A stretch of 64,000 bases of DNA from an uncultured Alistipes sp. (GCA_948442615.1 CAOJSG010000004.1:7865-71864), one strand, 5' to 3'. Numbered from the stretch's first letter, positions 39,847 through 53,599 are shown. The notes: a model not told the origin generated them from the sequence alone. Numbers and translations: made by a program.

Positions 39847-41676
39847 ATGTCCATTCGGATCTGCATATTCGCTGCCGCTCTGTTCGCAATCTCGGCGTTC
39901 GGTCTTGCAGCCGGTCCGGTTCCCGCCGCGGAGCGGGAGCCGCGCCGCGCGCCGCACGAAGCGGATACGCTGATACCCCGGGCCTCCGAGCGCAACCAGC
40001 GGCTCTACGACAGCATCCGTACCAAAACCAGCCGCCGGACCGTGCCGCGCCTGATGTACAGCATGCTGTTCCGTCCCGTGCGCGACACGACCGGCCAGGG
40101 GCGCGTGCTCGACGCCGACCGGCTGTTCGAACCTTATGCCGGGCGGATCATCGGGCGGGTGGAGATCGTGCGCGAACCGGTCTTCGGCGACAACAACTGG
40201 TTCGAGCGCGCGGGCAACAAGACGCACGTCATGACCCGCGAGCGGGTGATCCGCCGCGACTTGCTCTTCCGCGCCGGCGACGCGCTCGACCCGCAGCTGC
40301 TGGTGCGCAACGCACAACTGCTGCGTTCGCGGCGCTACATCTCCGACGCCGAGATCATCGTGGCGCCCGACCCGCTGGACTCCGCACGCGTGGACATCGT
40401 GGTCCGCACGCGCGACAGCTGGACGATCACGGTCGACGGCGCCCTGCACGGCGAGGGCCGGACCATGGTGGGCCTCTACGACGCCAACATCCTCGGGTGG
40501 GGCAACAGCCTGCGGGTCAAGACCCATTTCGACCGCCGGAATTTCGACTACGGCGGGAATATCGTCGAGTACGAGATCCCGAACGTGCTGGGGACTTTCT
40601 TCACGGCCGACTTCACGGCCGGGCGCGATTTCTATAACAGCGAGCTGGTGCTCGGCGTCCGCAAGGAGTTCATCCGGCGCACGGACTATGCCGCGGGCGT
40701 CGACTACAGCGAAATCAAGGCGAAACACTACCTGATCGACCGCGACACGTCGGAGCTGGCCAAGTCGCGGACGCTCGACGTGTGGGGCGGCCGGTCGCGC
40801 TATTTCCGGGGCATCCGTTCGAGCTTCTTCGTGACGGGGCGCTACCACCGCGTCCGCTACAGCCTGCGTCCCGAGGTCGGGCCGCGCCACAACACCGCAT
40901 TCCACGATGCGGACGAACTGCTCTTCGGAACGGGACTCTACCGCGAGAAATTCTATACGGCCAACATGATCTACGGCTACGGAACCCGCGAGTACCTGGC
41001 TTCGGGCTACAAGGCCGAGCTGACGGGCGGCTATTCGTGGGGCGAGTTCGGCGAGCGCATGTACCTGGGGACGGGCTACACGATCGGCGATTTCACCCGG
41101 ATCGGGTATCTCTCGGGCGGGTTTTCGCTCGGCAGCTACATCGACCTCTCGACCGGCGGCTGGAGCGGCAGCGCCGTCGATCTCGACATGCGGTGGATCT
41201 CGAATCTGCTGCTTTCGGGGCGCACGCGCATCCGCCAGTTCCTCTCGCTGAACTATACGCAGGGGTGGAATCGCGGAACGGGCAACAACGAGTCGCTGCG
41301 TTTCACCGACGAAAACGGCCTGCAGATGCTGCGCGAATACGTGACGGGCACCAACCGTATGGTGCTCAACACCGAGACCGTCTTTTTCACGCCCTATCAG
41401 CCGCTGGGCTTCCGCATCGCACTGTTCGGTTTCGCCGACTTCGGGCTGCTCGGCGATGCGGCCAATCCGTTCCGCAACGCCTTCTTCACGTCGTTCGGCC
41501 TGGGGGTCCGCATCAAGAACGAACGGCTGATATTCAATGCGGTGCAGATCCAGCTGGGTGTCGCGCTCGGCAAGCCGGGGCTGGCGGACAGCCGCTATTT
41601 CCAGGTGTCGAACCAAACCCGCATCGACCGGATCCGCTATCGGCCCACGCAGCCCGAGATCGTCGGGTTCGAGTGA
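39847..41676 (+). CDS. Outer-membrane protein with POTRA-like domain and beta-barrel (Omp85/BamA-TamA-like)
   Basis: Signal peptide; TRERVIRRDLLF POTRA-like segment, NILGWG, alternating beta-strands and GLGVRI near the C-terminus. Confidence 0.7.
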   Translation: MSIRICIFAAALFAISAFGLAAGPVPAAEREPRRAPHEADTLIPRASERNQRLYDSIRTKTSRRTVPRLMYSMLFRPVRDTTGQGRVLDADRLFEPYAGRIIGRVEIVREPVFGDNNWFERAGNKTHVMTRERVIRRDLLFRAGDALDPQLLVRNAQLLRSRRYISDAEIIVAPDPLDSARVDIVVRTRDSWTITVDGALHGEGRTMVGLYDANILGWGNSLRVKTHFDRRNFDYGGNIVEYEIPNVLGTFFTADFTAGRDFYNSELVLGVRKEFIRRTDYAAGVDYSEIKAKHYLIDRDTSELAKSRTLDVWGGRSRYFRGIRSSFFVTGRYHRVRYSLRPEVGPRHNTAFHDADELLFGTGLYREKFYTANMIYGYGTREYLASGYKAELTGGYSWGEFGERMYLGTGYTIGDFTRIGYLSGGFSLGSYIDLSTGGWSGSAVDLDMRWISNLLLSGRTRIRQFLSLNYTQGWNRGTGNNESLRFTDENGLQMLREYVTGTNRMVLNTETVFFTPYQPLGFRIALFGFADFGLLGDAANPFRNAFFTSFGLGVRIKNERLIFNAVQIQLGVALGKPGLADSRYFQVSNQTRIDRIRYRPTQPEIVGFE

Positions 41677-41800
41677 GCCGTCGGTCGGCCGGAATCGCCT
41701 GTTCCGTCCTTTCCGCCGGGGCCGCATGCAAAACTTCGCCGCCCCGGACCGCAACGGTCCGGGGCGGCGAGGATGTCCGTTCCGCGTTTTCGCCGGAGGG

Positions 41801-42439
41801 TCAGACCTCTACGATGCCGTTGCGGATCGCATAGACCACCAGCGAAGCCGTGTTCTTGCAGCCGGTTTTTTCGAGGATATTGGCGCGGTGCTTGTCCACC
41901 GTGCGTTTCGAGATGAAGAGTTCGTCGGCGATCTCCTGGTTCGAAAGGCCCCGGCACACCGCCACCAGAATCTCGCGTTCGCGGGCCGAGAGCGGTTCGT
42001 CGGCCTCCGCCTCGCGCGTACGCATGCGGTGGGCGATCGACGCGAGCAGCCGCGCGCTGAAGTAACTGCCCCCTGCGGCCACCGTTTCCACGGCCTCGAG
42101 CACCTCGCCGATGTCGGAATCCTTCAGCAGAAAGCCCTTGGCGCCCGCCTCGACCATCCGCGAATAGTAGCTCTCGTCGCCGAACATCGAGAGGGTGATG
42201 ATCTTCAGCCCGGGCCGTACGAGCAGGGCGCGCTCGGTGGCCTCGGCTCCGTCGATGCCCGGCATCGAGAAGTCCATGAAGACCACGTCGGCCTCCGTGC
42301 GGGGCAGCAGCTCCAGGAACTCCTCGCCGCTGCCGGCCTCGGCGACCACCCGGCACGCCTCGCTGCGGTCGAGCAGTCCGCGCAGGCCGTTTCGGAAGAG
42401 CGTGTGGTCGTCTACCAGTATGATTTTCAGTCGTTCCAT
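41801..42439 (-). CDS. NarL/LuxR family response regulator
   Basis: LVDDH and MDFSMP receiver; LSAREREIL..GLSNQEIADELFIS HTH. Confidence 0.95.
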   Translation of the reverse strand: MERLKIILVDDHTLFRNGLRGLLDRSEACRVVAEAGSGEEFLELLPRTEADVVFMDFSMPGIDGAEATERALLVRPGLKIITLSMFGDESYYSRMVEAGAKGFLLKDSDIGEVLEAVETVAAGGSYFSARLLASIAHRMRTREAEADEPLSAREREILVAVCRGLSNQEIADELFISKRTVDKHRANILEKTGCKNTASLVVYAIRNGIVEV

Positions 42440-42440
42440 G

Positions 42441-43406
42441 TCATCTCCGGCGTTTTTTTGGTGCGGCCGGTTCGGGCTGGGTGTCGATCCGTATGGCGGC
42501 GCGCATGCCCTTGCCCTTCGAGCTGGCGATCTCGAGCGTGCCGCCCAGCGAATTGATGCGCGAGGCCATGTTCGACAGCCCCATGCCGCAGTCCATCATC
42601 GCCTCGGGGTTGAATCCGCGGCCGTTGTCGGTGTAGTCGAGCGTCAGCACCCGCCGGTTGCGGACGAGCGAAAGCCCGATGTTCGTGCAGCCCGAATGTT
42701 TGAGCGAGTTGTTGATCAGCTCGCAGATGACGCGGTAGAGGATCACCTCCACGTCGGTGTCGTAGCGCTCCGTGCGGAGGTTGGTCGTGAAGCGGATCTT
42801 CACGTCGTGCATCGCGGCGGTCTTGTCGATGAAGTTCTGCACGCCGCGCGCCAGCCCGAAGTCGTTGAGCACGTGGGGCGAGAGGTTGTTCGATATTTCG
42901 CGCAGCGAGCGGATCGCCTCGTCGATCACGTAGGTCGTGTTGCCGATGATCTCGCGCTGTTCCGGCCTGCATTCGTCGCGCTCGAGCGCCGAGAGCGACA
43001 TGCGGGCCGATGAGAGCAGCGGCCCCAAGCCGTCGTGCAGCTCCTTCGAGAAGCGCGACCGCGACTTCTCCTCGGTGCGGAGCACGGCCGTGAGGATCCG
43101 TTTGTTGAGCAGCTGCCGCTGCCGGTTGAGGCGGTCGATGTATTTGAAGAGCTTGTGGGCGTACATCACTCCGATCGAGAGGCAGACCGAGATCACGCTT
43201 CCCAGATAGGCATACCAGCCGCGGGGTTCGAACTGGCCGCCGATGACCAGCAGCTGGACCAGCCGCTCGACCGAAAGCAGCGAGAAGCCCACGATGAAGA
43301 GGATCCACACCGAGTTGTATTTGGTCGTGCGGACCAGACGCAGTGCATAGACCGTGGCTACGGTCTGGATCAGAATGGCGAGGATGAGCAGTACTTTAAT
43401 CAACAT
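42441..43406 (-). CDS. HisKA_3 sensor histidine kinase with three N-terminal TM helices
   Basis: ELHDGLGP, ELINNSLKH, DNGRGF and GMGLSNM. Confidence 0.93.
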   Translation of the reverse strand: MLIKVLLILAILIQTVATVYALRLVRTTKYNSVWILFIVGFSLLSVERLVQLLVIGGQFEPRGWYAYLGSVISVCLSIGVMYAHKLFKYIDRLNRQRQLLNKRILTAVLRTEEKSRSRFSKELHDGLGPLLSSARMSLSALERDECRPEQREIIGNTTYVIDEAIRSLREISNNLSPHVLNDFGLARGVQNFIDKTAAMHDVKIRFTTNLRTERYDTDVEVILYRVICELINNSLKHSGCTNIGLSLVRNRRVLTLDYTDNGRGFNPEAMMDCGMGLSNMASRINSLGGTLEIASSKGKGMRAAIRIDTQPEPAAPKKRRR

Positions 43407-43528
43407 GCGACGATCGTTTGCACAAAGGTAACAAACAATTCGGTTCGCCGCATATCCCGTTCGGAATTATTTATCGTCGCCGCGAGCGGTCCCGAGCGGC
43501 CCGAAGCGGGTTTCCGCCGGGCCGGGGC

Positions 43529-44305
43529 TCACTCGCCGAACCGGCCGCGCAGCTTCTCCAGCAGCCGGTAGTCGGTCATGTCGGTCTGTATCGGAACCAC
43601 CGAGACGTATTTGTGCGCCAGCGCCCATTCGTCGGTATCTTCCGCGTCGGGCTCCCAGTTGACGAATTCGCCCGTGAGCCAGAAATACTCGCGGCCGCGC
43701 GGATCTTCGTGACGGAAGAACTCCTCGCGCCAGAATCCGCGGTTCTGACGGCATGTCCGGATGCCCCGGATCTCTTCCGGCCGGCCCGTCGGCACGTTGA
43801 CGTTCAGACACAGCGGCAGCTCCTCCGGGCCCTCCAGCACGCTGCGGACCACCCGTTCGCCGTAGAGGACGGCGGCCGTGAAATCCGCGTCGGCGCTGTG
43901 GTCCGTCAGCGACAGCCCGACGGCCGGGCAGCCGTAGAAGCTGCCTTCGATCGCCGCGCCCATCGTCCCCGAATAGAGCACGTTGACCGCGGAGTTGGAG
44001 CCGTGGTTGATGCCCGAGATCACCAGATCGATCCGCCGGCCGCGCATCAGGTAGTCGAAAGCCATCTTCACGCAGTCGACCGGCGTGCCGGAGAAGGCGT
44101 AGACGTCGACCTGCTCGTCGTGCGACACGTGTCGCAGGTAGAGCGGATTGTACATCGTGATGGCCTGGCTCATGCCGCTCTGCACGGTCTCCGGCGCCAC
44201 GGCCACCACCCGGCCGAAGCGGCGCGCCACGTCGATCGCGGCGCGGATGCCTTTCGAATCGTAGCCGTCGTCGTTGGTGACGAGGATCAGTCTCTCTTTC
44301 ATCAT
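43529..44305 (-). CDS. surE: 5'/3'-nucleotidase SurE
   Basis: VTNDDG, GTPVDCV, SGINHGSN and YSGTMGAA. Confidence 0.96.
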   Translation of the reverse strand: MMKERLILVTNDDGYDSKGIRAAIDVARRFGRVVAVAPETVQSGMSQAITMYNPLYLRHVSHDEQVDVYAFSGTPVDCVKMAFDYLMRGRRIDLVISGINHGSNSAVNVLYSGTMGAAIEGSFYGCPAVGLSLTDHSADADFTAAVLYGERVVRSVLEGPEELPLCLNVNVPTGRPEEIRGIRTCRQNRGFWREEFFRHEDPRGREYFWLTGEFVNWEPDAEDTDEWALAHKYVSVVPIQTDMTDYRLLEKLRGRFGE

Positions 44306-44324
44306 TCGCAGTCGTTTTTGCAGT

Positions 44325-44385
44325 GCAAAGATACGCATAAGCCGCGTGCAAAAGCAAATTTATTTGCATCCGTTTCCGGCTGCCC
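44325..44385 (-). repeat. Copy of the promoter-linked structured repeat, upstream of surE
   Basis: Reverse complement reads ...GCAAATAAATTTGCTTTTGCACGCGGCTTATGCGTATCTTTGC. Confidence 0.7.
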
Positions 44386-44691
44386 CGCTTCGGCGCGACC
44401 GGAGCCGGGATGCCGGCCCTTCGTGCCGGAGGTGGGGTGCGGCGGAGGGCGGGTCCGATCGCCGGCGTGCGGAAATCGCGGCCCGGCGGGCGAATATTTT
44501 CCGCCGGATGTGCGGAATCCGGAAAATTCTGCGTATATTTGCGCACCCTTTCGGGGCGTATATCAACCTCTTCCATTGGGTGCCGAGGCGGGAGCGGAGC
44601 CGATCCGCGGGATTACGGGGCAGAGAATCCGTATGGTAGCCGGGGTGCAGCGGGAATGTTGGGTGCGGAATTCAAAAAAAATGTTGCAACC

Positions 44692-45075
44692 ATGAACAAA
44701 GATGCAATCATCCGGCTCGTCAACGAGCAGATGTGGCCGAAAACGGACGCCGACATTCCGTCGTTCAAGGCCGGTGACACCATCACCGTGACCTACAAAA
44801 TCGTCGAGGGCAACAAGGAGCGTCTCCAGAGCTTCCGCGGCGTGGTGATCCAGATCAAGGGCACCGGCAAGACCAAGATGTTCACGATCCGCAAGATCTC
44901 GAACAGCGTGGGCGTGGAGCGTATCTTCCCTCTCTACTCGCCTCACATCGACAAGATCGAGGTGAACAAGGTCGGTGTCGTGCGTCGCGCGCGTATCTAT
45001 TATCTGCGCAACCTCACCGGCAAGAAGGCCCGCATCAAGGAGAAGCGCCGTACGAGCAGCTCGGAGAACAAATAG
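44692..45075 (+). CDS. rplS: 50S ribosomal protein L19
   Basis: [19 protein letters not shown] and [10 protein letters not shown]; TATATTTG box at 44534. Confidence 0.97.
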   Translation: MNKDAIIRLVNEQMWPKTDADIPSFKAGDTITVTYKIVEGNKERLQSFRGVVIQIKGTGKTKMFTIRKISNSVGVERIFPLYSPHIDKIEVNKVGVVRRARIYYLRNLTGKKARIKEKRRTSSSENK

Positions 45076-45139
45076 TTCGCCGTCGCCGGGCAGCGTGCGC
45101 TGCGAAGAGAAAGGGGTCGTCCGCCGTCAGGCCGGACGG

Positions 45140-45315
45140 CCCTTTTCGCGTGCGATGCGCTTTTTATCCGGATTTCGCGTGCGGCACTTTTCCTCGGCAC
45201 CTTTCCGCGGCGTTTTTCTGTGTGTGTTTTCGTGCGTGTTTTTCCGTGCGACGTTTTCCGCGGCGTTTTTCGTGCGGACGGTGTTTGTTCGTGCGGGCAG
45301 TCGTTTTCGTGCGGC
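45140..45315 (+). repeat. Degenerate short tandem repeat tract (GTTTT-C(C)GTGCG-like units)
   Basis: Roughly a dozen imperfect T-run plus CG(T)GCG units in a strongly A-poor strand. Confidence 0.6.
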
Positions 45316-45753
45316 GCCGGGCCCTCTTCGCGGACGGGACGTTTCCGGTCCGGAGCCGCAGGCCGGCGGAGGAAGACGGCCCGGCGGCCGGCATTCCCGA
45401 CCGGGCGCCGCGACGGAGCGCCTTTCGGCGCGAAACCGGATGCGATCCGTGCAAATCGTTCACTCACAGCGTGCTTGCAGGGAATTCGCCTCCGGTGGTT
45501 TCGGCTCGAAATACAGATGCTCCGAGTGTTAGTTTTCTAACACTTCGATCGGCCGAAAAAAGGACCTTTTGTCGGCCGAAACGGTTTTTTTATTGACGCG
45601 GAATTCGTATATTTGCAACGCATTTTGCAACCCTGCTGCGCCGCTGGTCCGGCCGCGGGGGCGGTCTGCGATTCGGACCGGACGACCGGCCGAATCCGCA
45701 CCTCGGTTTGCGAAAACACGACAAGAACAATATCATCCAAATTTTTCTAAAAA

Positions 45754-49281
<3,528 letters not shown>

Positions 49282-49303
49282 TCTCCCGCTTCGTCCTGAC
49301 AGG

Positions 49304-49338
49304 TCGGAGCCGCGCATGTCGCGGCTCCGATTTTTTTT
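49304..49338 (+). terminator. Intrinsic terminator
   Basis: TCGGAGCCGCG/CGCGGCTCCGA stem plus T8. Confidence 0.85.
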
Positions 49339-49483
49339 GCCGGATCGCGAAACTGCCGTCCGCCCGCCCGGGTTCGTAATTGCGAATCGGCTCTTCGTTT
49401 TGAAATGCGGGGCGTTGGCTGAATTTGTTTGCCGGAAGCGGTGCGAACCTGTAATTTCGCGCCGAATTCAAAAAAAACGAATC

Positions 49484-50362
49484 ATGATGAAAAAACTCTT
49501 TTCCAAAGCGGTCCTGCTTGCGGCGGTCTGCTCGCTGGGTCTCGTGTCGACGGCCTGCAATGACGACGAAGGCGGCAAGGGCGCCGGCGTCCGTTCCGAA
49601 CTGGCCGGAAGCTATGCTCCGGCCTTCCGTACGGTGATGATTCCGGGTGTCATCGAGGAGCCCTCCGATTTCTATTTCCTGCTGCTGCCCACGTGGAGCG
49701 ATCCCGACAATATTCCGGCCATCGACCTGTCGGCCTCGATGGGGATGCCCTATATGATGCCGGTGAATACGATCTGCGGCATCGTGCAGGGCCTGGTGTC
49801 GAACATCGTCCGGCAGGGGCTGGTGTCGGTCGACCTGAAAGACGACGGAACTTTCGGCGCCTCTTACTACGAGATCACCAACATGACCGACGACGTGGTT
49901 TCGGCGCTGTTGAGCCCCGAGTTCGCCGAGGCCGTGTCGACCTTCCCGAGCGCGGAGACCGCGGAACTGCTTCCCGAGGGGGCGCTGGGCTACTATACGA
50001 GCAACGGGATGTTCTATTTCACGATCAGCAAGTCGTTCCTCACGACCGTAGGGCAGCAGATGGAGACGCCGATGGATCTGGTCGCCGTGATCGACGAGAT
50101 GCTGGCGCAGTACGGCGGGCTGAACATCGTGTCGACCAAGACCGAGTATGCCATTCCGCTGAAATACAAGGAGGAAAACGGTGTGGTCGAGCTCTATGCC
50201 GACCTGGCGATGATTCGTCCGTTTGCGCCGCTGCTCGACGACCTGCTGGGATCGCTGGGCGACGAGGCCGCATTCATGGGGATCAAACTGGCCGACATCG
50301 TCCGCCTGTTGCTGGAGAATACGTCGGAGCTGGAGATCGGGCTGCTGTTGCAGCGGATCTGA
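49484..50362 (+). CDS. Hypothetical lipoprotein
   Basis: MMKKLF...VSTAC-NDDE lipobox followed by acidic residues; followed by a terminator. Confidence 0.8.
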   Translation: MMKKLFSKAVLLAAVCSLGLVSTACNDDEGGKGAGVRSELAGSYAPAFRTVMIPGVIEEPSDFYFLLLPTWSDPDNIPAIDLSASMGMPYMMPVNTICGIVQGLVSNIVRQGLVSVDLKDDGTFGASYYEITNMTDDVVSALLSPEFAEAVSTFPSAETAELLPEGALGYYTSNGMFYFTISKSFLTTVGQQMETPMDLVAVIDEMLAQYGGLNIVSTKTEYAIPLKYKEENGVVELYADLAMIRPFAPLLDDLLGSLGDEAAFMGIKLADIVRLLLENTSELEIGLLLQRI

Positions 50363-50382
50363 CCGTCGCTCCGGTCCGAACG

Positions 50383-50417
50383 AAGGGTGTCCCGCATACG
50401 GCGGGACACCCTTTTTC
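50383..50417. terminator. Terminator between convergent genes
   Basis: AAGGGTGTCCCGC/GCGGGACACCCTT plus a T-run. Confidence 0.8.
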
Positions 50418-50481
50418 GCGTTTGCGGTTCAGGGAATCGCCCGCCGCCGTTCCCGCGGAGACTCTGCGCCGGGCGCAGGAG

Positions 50482-52224
50482 TCATCGGAAGAAGTCGCCC
50501 GTCCATTCGGCGGTGTTGCCGCAGTTGTCGCGCACGAGCAGCCGCAGCGTATGGCGCCGGGCCTCCGGCTCCGTGAACAGAGGCACCTGCAGCTGCCCCT
50601 TCACAGGGTAACGGTCGCACGGCGTCCACTGTCCGTCGATGTAGAGCGCGCAGTCGGCGATGCCCGCGAAGTTGTCGCCGATGCCGAAACGCAGCATGCG
50701 TTTGCGCGAGAGGTCCTCGCCGGGCTTGAAGAGCGGGCGTATGGTCGGCGGTACGGTGTCGGCCGCCACGAGCAGGTCGCCCGTCGTGCGCGTACGGGCC
50801 GTGACGGCTCCGTCGGCGTATTTCCCTCCGACGAAGCGGATGCGCCCCTGGTCGTTGCGGACGGCCAGCGTCGCACGGGGTCGCAGCTGCGGCGGGACGT
50901 AGGCGCGGATCGAGACCGTCATGTCGTGGCGGAGCGGAGTGGTCCGAGGCAGGAACCGGTAGGCGGGCGTGAGGACCGTGACGGTCGTGTCGGACGCGGG
51001 GTGCGCCTCGCGGATCTCGGGCCGCGCGAAGCACGATTCGTAGAGTGCGCCGGCGGGGATGCGGGCCGCGGCCTCTTCGCCGATGCGCAGGGTGTGCGGC
51101 CGGTCGTAGCGCAGCGGCACGAGGGTCGAGTCCGCCTCGGCCCGGAACTGCGCCTCCCGGCCCCGGACGACGAACTCGAGGTGCGACAGATTGCCGCAGT
51201 CGTCCTCGGCCTCGACGTGCATGCGCCGCTCCTCGCCGGGAGCCAGCCGCAGGACGCCGCGGTCGCGGACGCCCGTGCAGAATCGGTCGGTGCCCCCTTC
51301 GAGGAGGGCCAGGCAGATCGCTTCGTTGCGCGACGCGAGTTGCATGGGGTACCAGGAGGCGACGTCGCAATAGCGCGACTGGTCGAACGTGAATCCGTCC
51401 ATGCGGTATTCGAAGAGCACCTCGCCGTCCGCCTCGATCCGCAGCCGGTAGAGCCCGAAGGTGTTGTTCACGTCGTTGCGCCGGTCGGTCGCCTCGACGA
51501 CGAAGAACCCGTTGCGACCCGCCTCGACGGGGCCGTGGGCGGCGATCCGGTAGGTCGCGGGGCCGGTCGGGGTCGTTTCGTAGCTCTGCGGTGCGGCGTG
51601 CACGGGGATGCCGTCGAGCGTGTCCGTTTCGATGTAGTGCACGCGGACGATGCGCGGCGGCAGGTCGTCCTTGGGGCGGACGATGCCCCGGCGGACGATG
51701 TTGAGCGTGCGCTGCGAGGCGGTTTCGCGCAGTTCGAAATGCAGATGCGGGCCGTAGGAGGTGCCGCTGTTGCCCGAGTAGGCGATGAGCTCGCCGCGGC
51801 GCACGCGGAACCGTTCGGCGGCGGGGTAGAGCTGCACGTCGTTCTTTTCCAGCCGCAGGCGTTCCGCACGTACGTACGCCTCCAGGTCGTCGCGGAAGCG
51901 GGAGATGTGGCCGTAGACAGCCGTCATGCCGTTGTCGAGCGCGAGGTAGAGCGCGCGGCCGTAACCGCCGGCCGTGACGCCGATGCGCGCGACGTAGCCG
52001 TCGGCCGTCGCGACGAGGGGTTTGCCCTCTGCGCCGTCGGTCTTGATGTCGATGCCCGAGTGGAAGTGGCCGGGGCGCATTTCGCCGAAATTCGCCGAAT
52101 AGTAGCCTGCCACGCCGCGCACCGGATAGGCGTATGCGGCCGTGTCGGGCTGTTGCGCCGCAGCCGTGCGGGGCAGGCAGCAGATGGCGGCCATCCAGGC
52201 CGCGTTCAGAAGATGTCGTCGCAT
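50482..52224 (-). CDS. M23 family metallopeptidase, secreted
   Basis: HFHSGID, YGHIS and GPHLHFE; start reassigned to MRRHLL. Confidence 0.9.
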   Translation of the reverse strand: MRRHLLNAAWMAAICCLPRTAAAQQPDTAAYAYPVRGVAGYYSANFGEMRPGHFHSGIDIKTDGAEGKPLVATADGYVARIGVTAGGYGRALYLALDNGMTAVYGHISRFRDDLEAYVRAERLRLEKNDVQLYPAAERFRVRRGELIAYSGNSGTSYGPHLHFELRETASQRTLNIVRRGIVRPKDDLPPRIVRVHYIETDTLDGIPVHAAPQSYETTPTGPATYRIAAHGPVEAGRNGFFVVEATDRRNDVNNTFGLYRLRIEADGEVLFEYRMDGFTFDQSRYCDVASWYPMQLASRNEAICLALLEGGTDRFCTGVRDRGVLRLAPGEERRMHVEAEDDCGNLSHLEFVVRGREAQFRAEADSTLVPLRYDRPHTLRIGEEAAARIPAGALYESCFARPEIREAHPASDTTVTVLTPAYRFLPRTTPLRHDMTVSIRAYVPPQLRPRATLAVRNDQGRIRFVGGKYADGAVTARTRTTGDLLVAADTVPPTIRPLFKPGEDLSRKRMLRFGIGDNFAGIADCALYIDGQWTPCDRYPVKGQLQVPLFTEPEARRHTLRLLVRDNCGNTAEWTGDFFR

Positions 52225-52724
52225 GTGTCGGTCTCCTTGATCAGTTCGGCGACGGTATCCGCCACCGTTTCGAATTCGTATCCCGATGCCATCCCGTAGC
52301 GCATCAGCTTGTTGCGCAGATCGTAGGGCGTGGCGCTGCGGGTCGTCCGCATTTTGCGGACGAGCAGTGCGCGCAGGCGCTCCTTCATGGCGGCGCCGTC
52401 CGTCGCGTCGGCGAGCGCCCGGTCGATCGTGTCGCGGCCGATCCCTTTGCGTTGGAGGGCGGTCCGGATCTTGTAGGCGCCCCAGCCGCTCAGCCGCAGC
52501 TTCTCGCGCACGAAGGCGCCGGCGAAGCGTTCGTCGTCGATGAAGCGTTGTTCGACGAGCCGCTCCAGCACGCGCTGCTGTTCTCGGGGCTCTACGCCCC
52601 ACGTGCGCATGAGCCGCAGGGCGTCGCCCGACGACTTCTCCGCCCGGGCGCAGAGCCGCATGAGGGCGGCGAGCGCCTCGTCGGCCGTCTTGTTCCGTTT
52701 TTTTCTTATTTCAGGCTGCTGCAT
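52206..52724 (-). CDS. recX: Regulatory protein RecX
   Basis: FIDDERFA and GWGAYKIRTALQRKGI. Confidence 0.88.
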   Translation of the reverse strand: MQQPEIRKKRNKTADEALAALMRLCARAEKSSGDALRLMRTWGVEPREQQRVLERLVEQRFIDDERFAGAFVREKLRLSGWGAYKIRTALQRKGIGRDTIDRALADATDGAAMKERLRALLVRKMRTTRSATPYDLRNKLMRYGMASGYEFETVADTVAELIKETDTCDDIF

Positions 52725-53599
52725 GCCATGCGGGGTTTGCCGAACAGGTCCTCGCGCACGACGGTCGGGCCGTAGCCTTCGGCGTCGAGCATCCGGACGA
52801 GATCCCGGGCGGCGCGTTCGTAGATTTCGAAATAGAGCTTTCCGTGCGGGCGCAGCATCCGCCGGCCGGCCCGGGCGATCGCCCGGTAGAATTTCAGCGG
52901 ATCGTCGTCGGGCACGAAGAGCGCCAGTGCGGGTTCGTGGTCGCGCACGTTGGGGTGCATGGCCGCGCGGTCGCTCGCGGGGACGTAGGGCGGGTTGGAG
53001 ACGATGGCGTCGAACGGCCCGTCGAAAGCCTTTTCCAGTCCGTCGAGTGCGTCGGCGCGGCGCAGGTCGACGGCGACCTGCAGCGCCGCGAAGTTCTGTG
53101 CGGCGACGGCCAGCGCTTCGTCCGAGATCTCCGCGGCGCAGATCTCCGCACCGGGCAGTTCGGCCGCGAGGGTCGCCGCGATGCAGCCGCTCCCGGTGCC
53201 GATGTCCAGCAGACGGCGTGCGGTCCGTTCGTCCCGCCGGACCCAGTCGACCAGCTCCTCGGTCTCGGGCCGCGGTACGAGCACCCCCTCGGTCACGCGG
53301 AACCGGCGGCCGCAGAACTCCGTGTGGCCCACGACGTATTGCACCGGGCGGCCTGCGGCCAGTTCGCGTTCGGCCCGTCGCAGCCGCTCGCCGTCCGCGC
53401 AGCACGGAGCCTGGGGGTCGGTCAGCAGCCGATGCGTCGGCAGCCCCGTCAGCTCGGCTGCGACCAGCAGTGCGATGCTGCGCCCCTCGCGCGGATCGTA
53501 GAGCGCGGCGACCGCCCGGCGCAGCCGGGCGAGGAGTTCGCCGACGGCGATCCGAAGCATGCCGGACCGCTGGTCGGAGGCGGATTCGGGCGTTTTCAT
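52706..53599 (-). CDS. prmC: Release factor glutamine methyltransferase PrmC/HemK
   Basis: PRPETEEL, DIGTGSGCI and SNPPY; ATGA overlap with aroC. Confidence 0.94.
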   Translation of the reverse strand: MKTPESASDQRSGMLRIAVGELLARLRRAVAALYDPREGRSIALLVAAELTGLPTHRLLTDPQAPCCADGERLRRAERELAAGRPVQYVVGHTEFCGRRFRVTEGVLVPRPETEELVDWVRRDERTARRLLDIGTGSGCIAATLAAELPGAEICAAEISDEALAVAAQNFAALQVAVDLRRADALDGLEKAFDGPFDAIVSNPPYVPASDRAAMHPNVRDHEPALALFVPDDDPLKFYRAIARAGRRMLRPHGKLYFEIYERAARDLVRMLDAEGYGPTVVREDLFGKPRMACSSLK

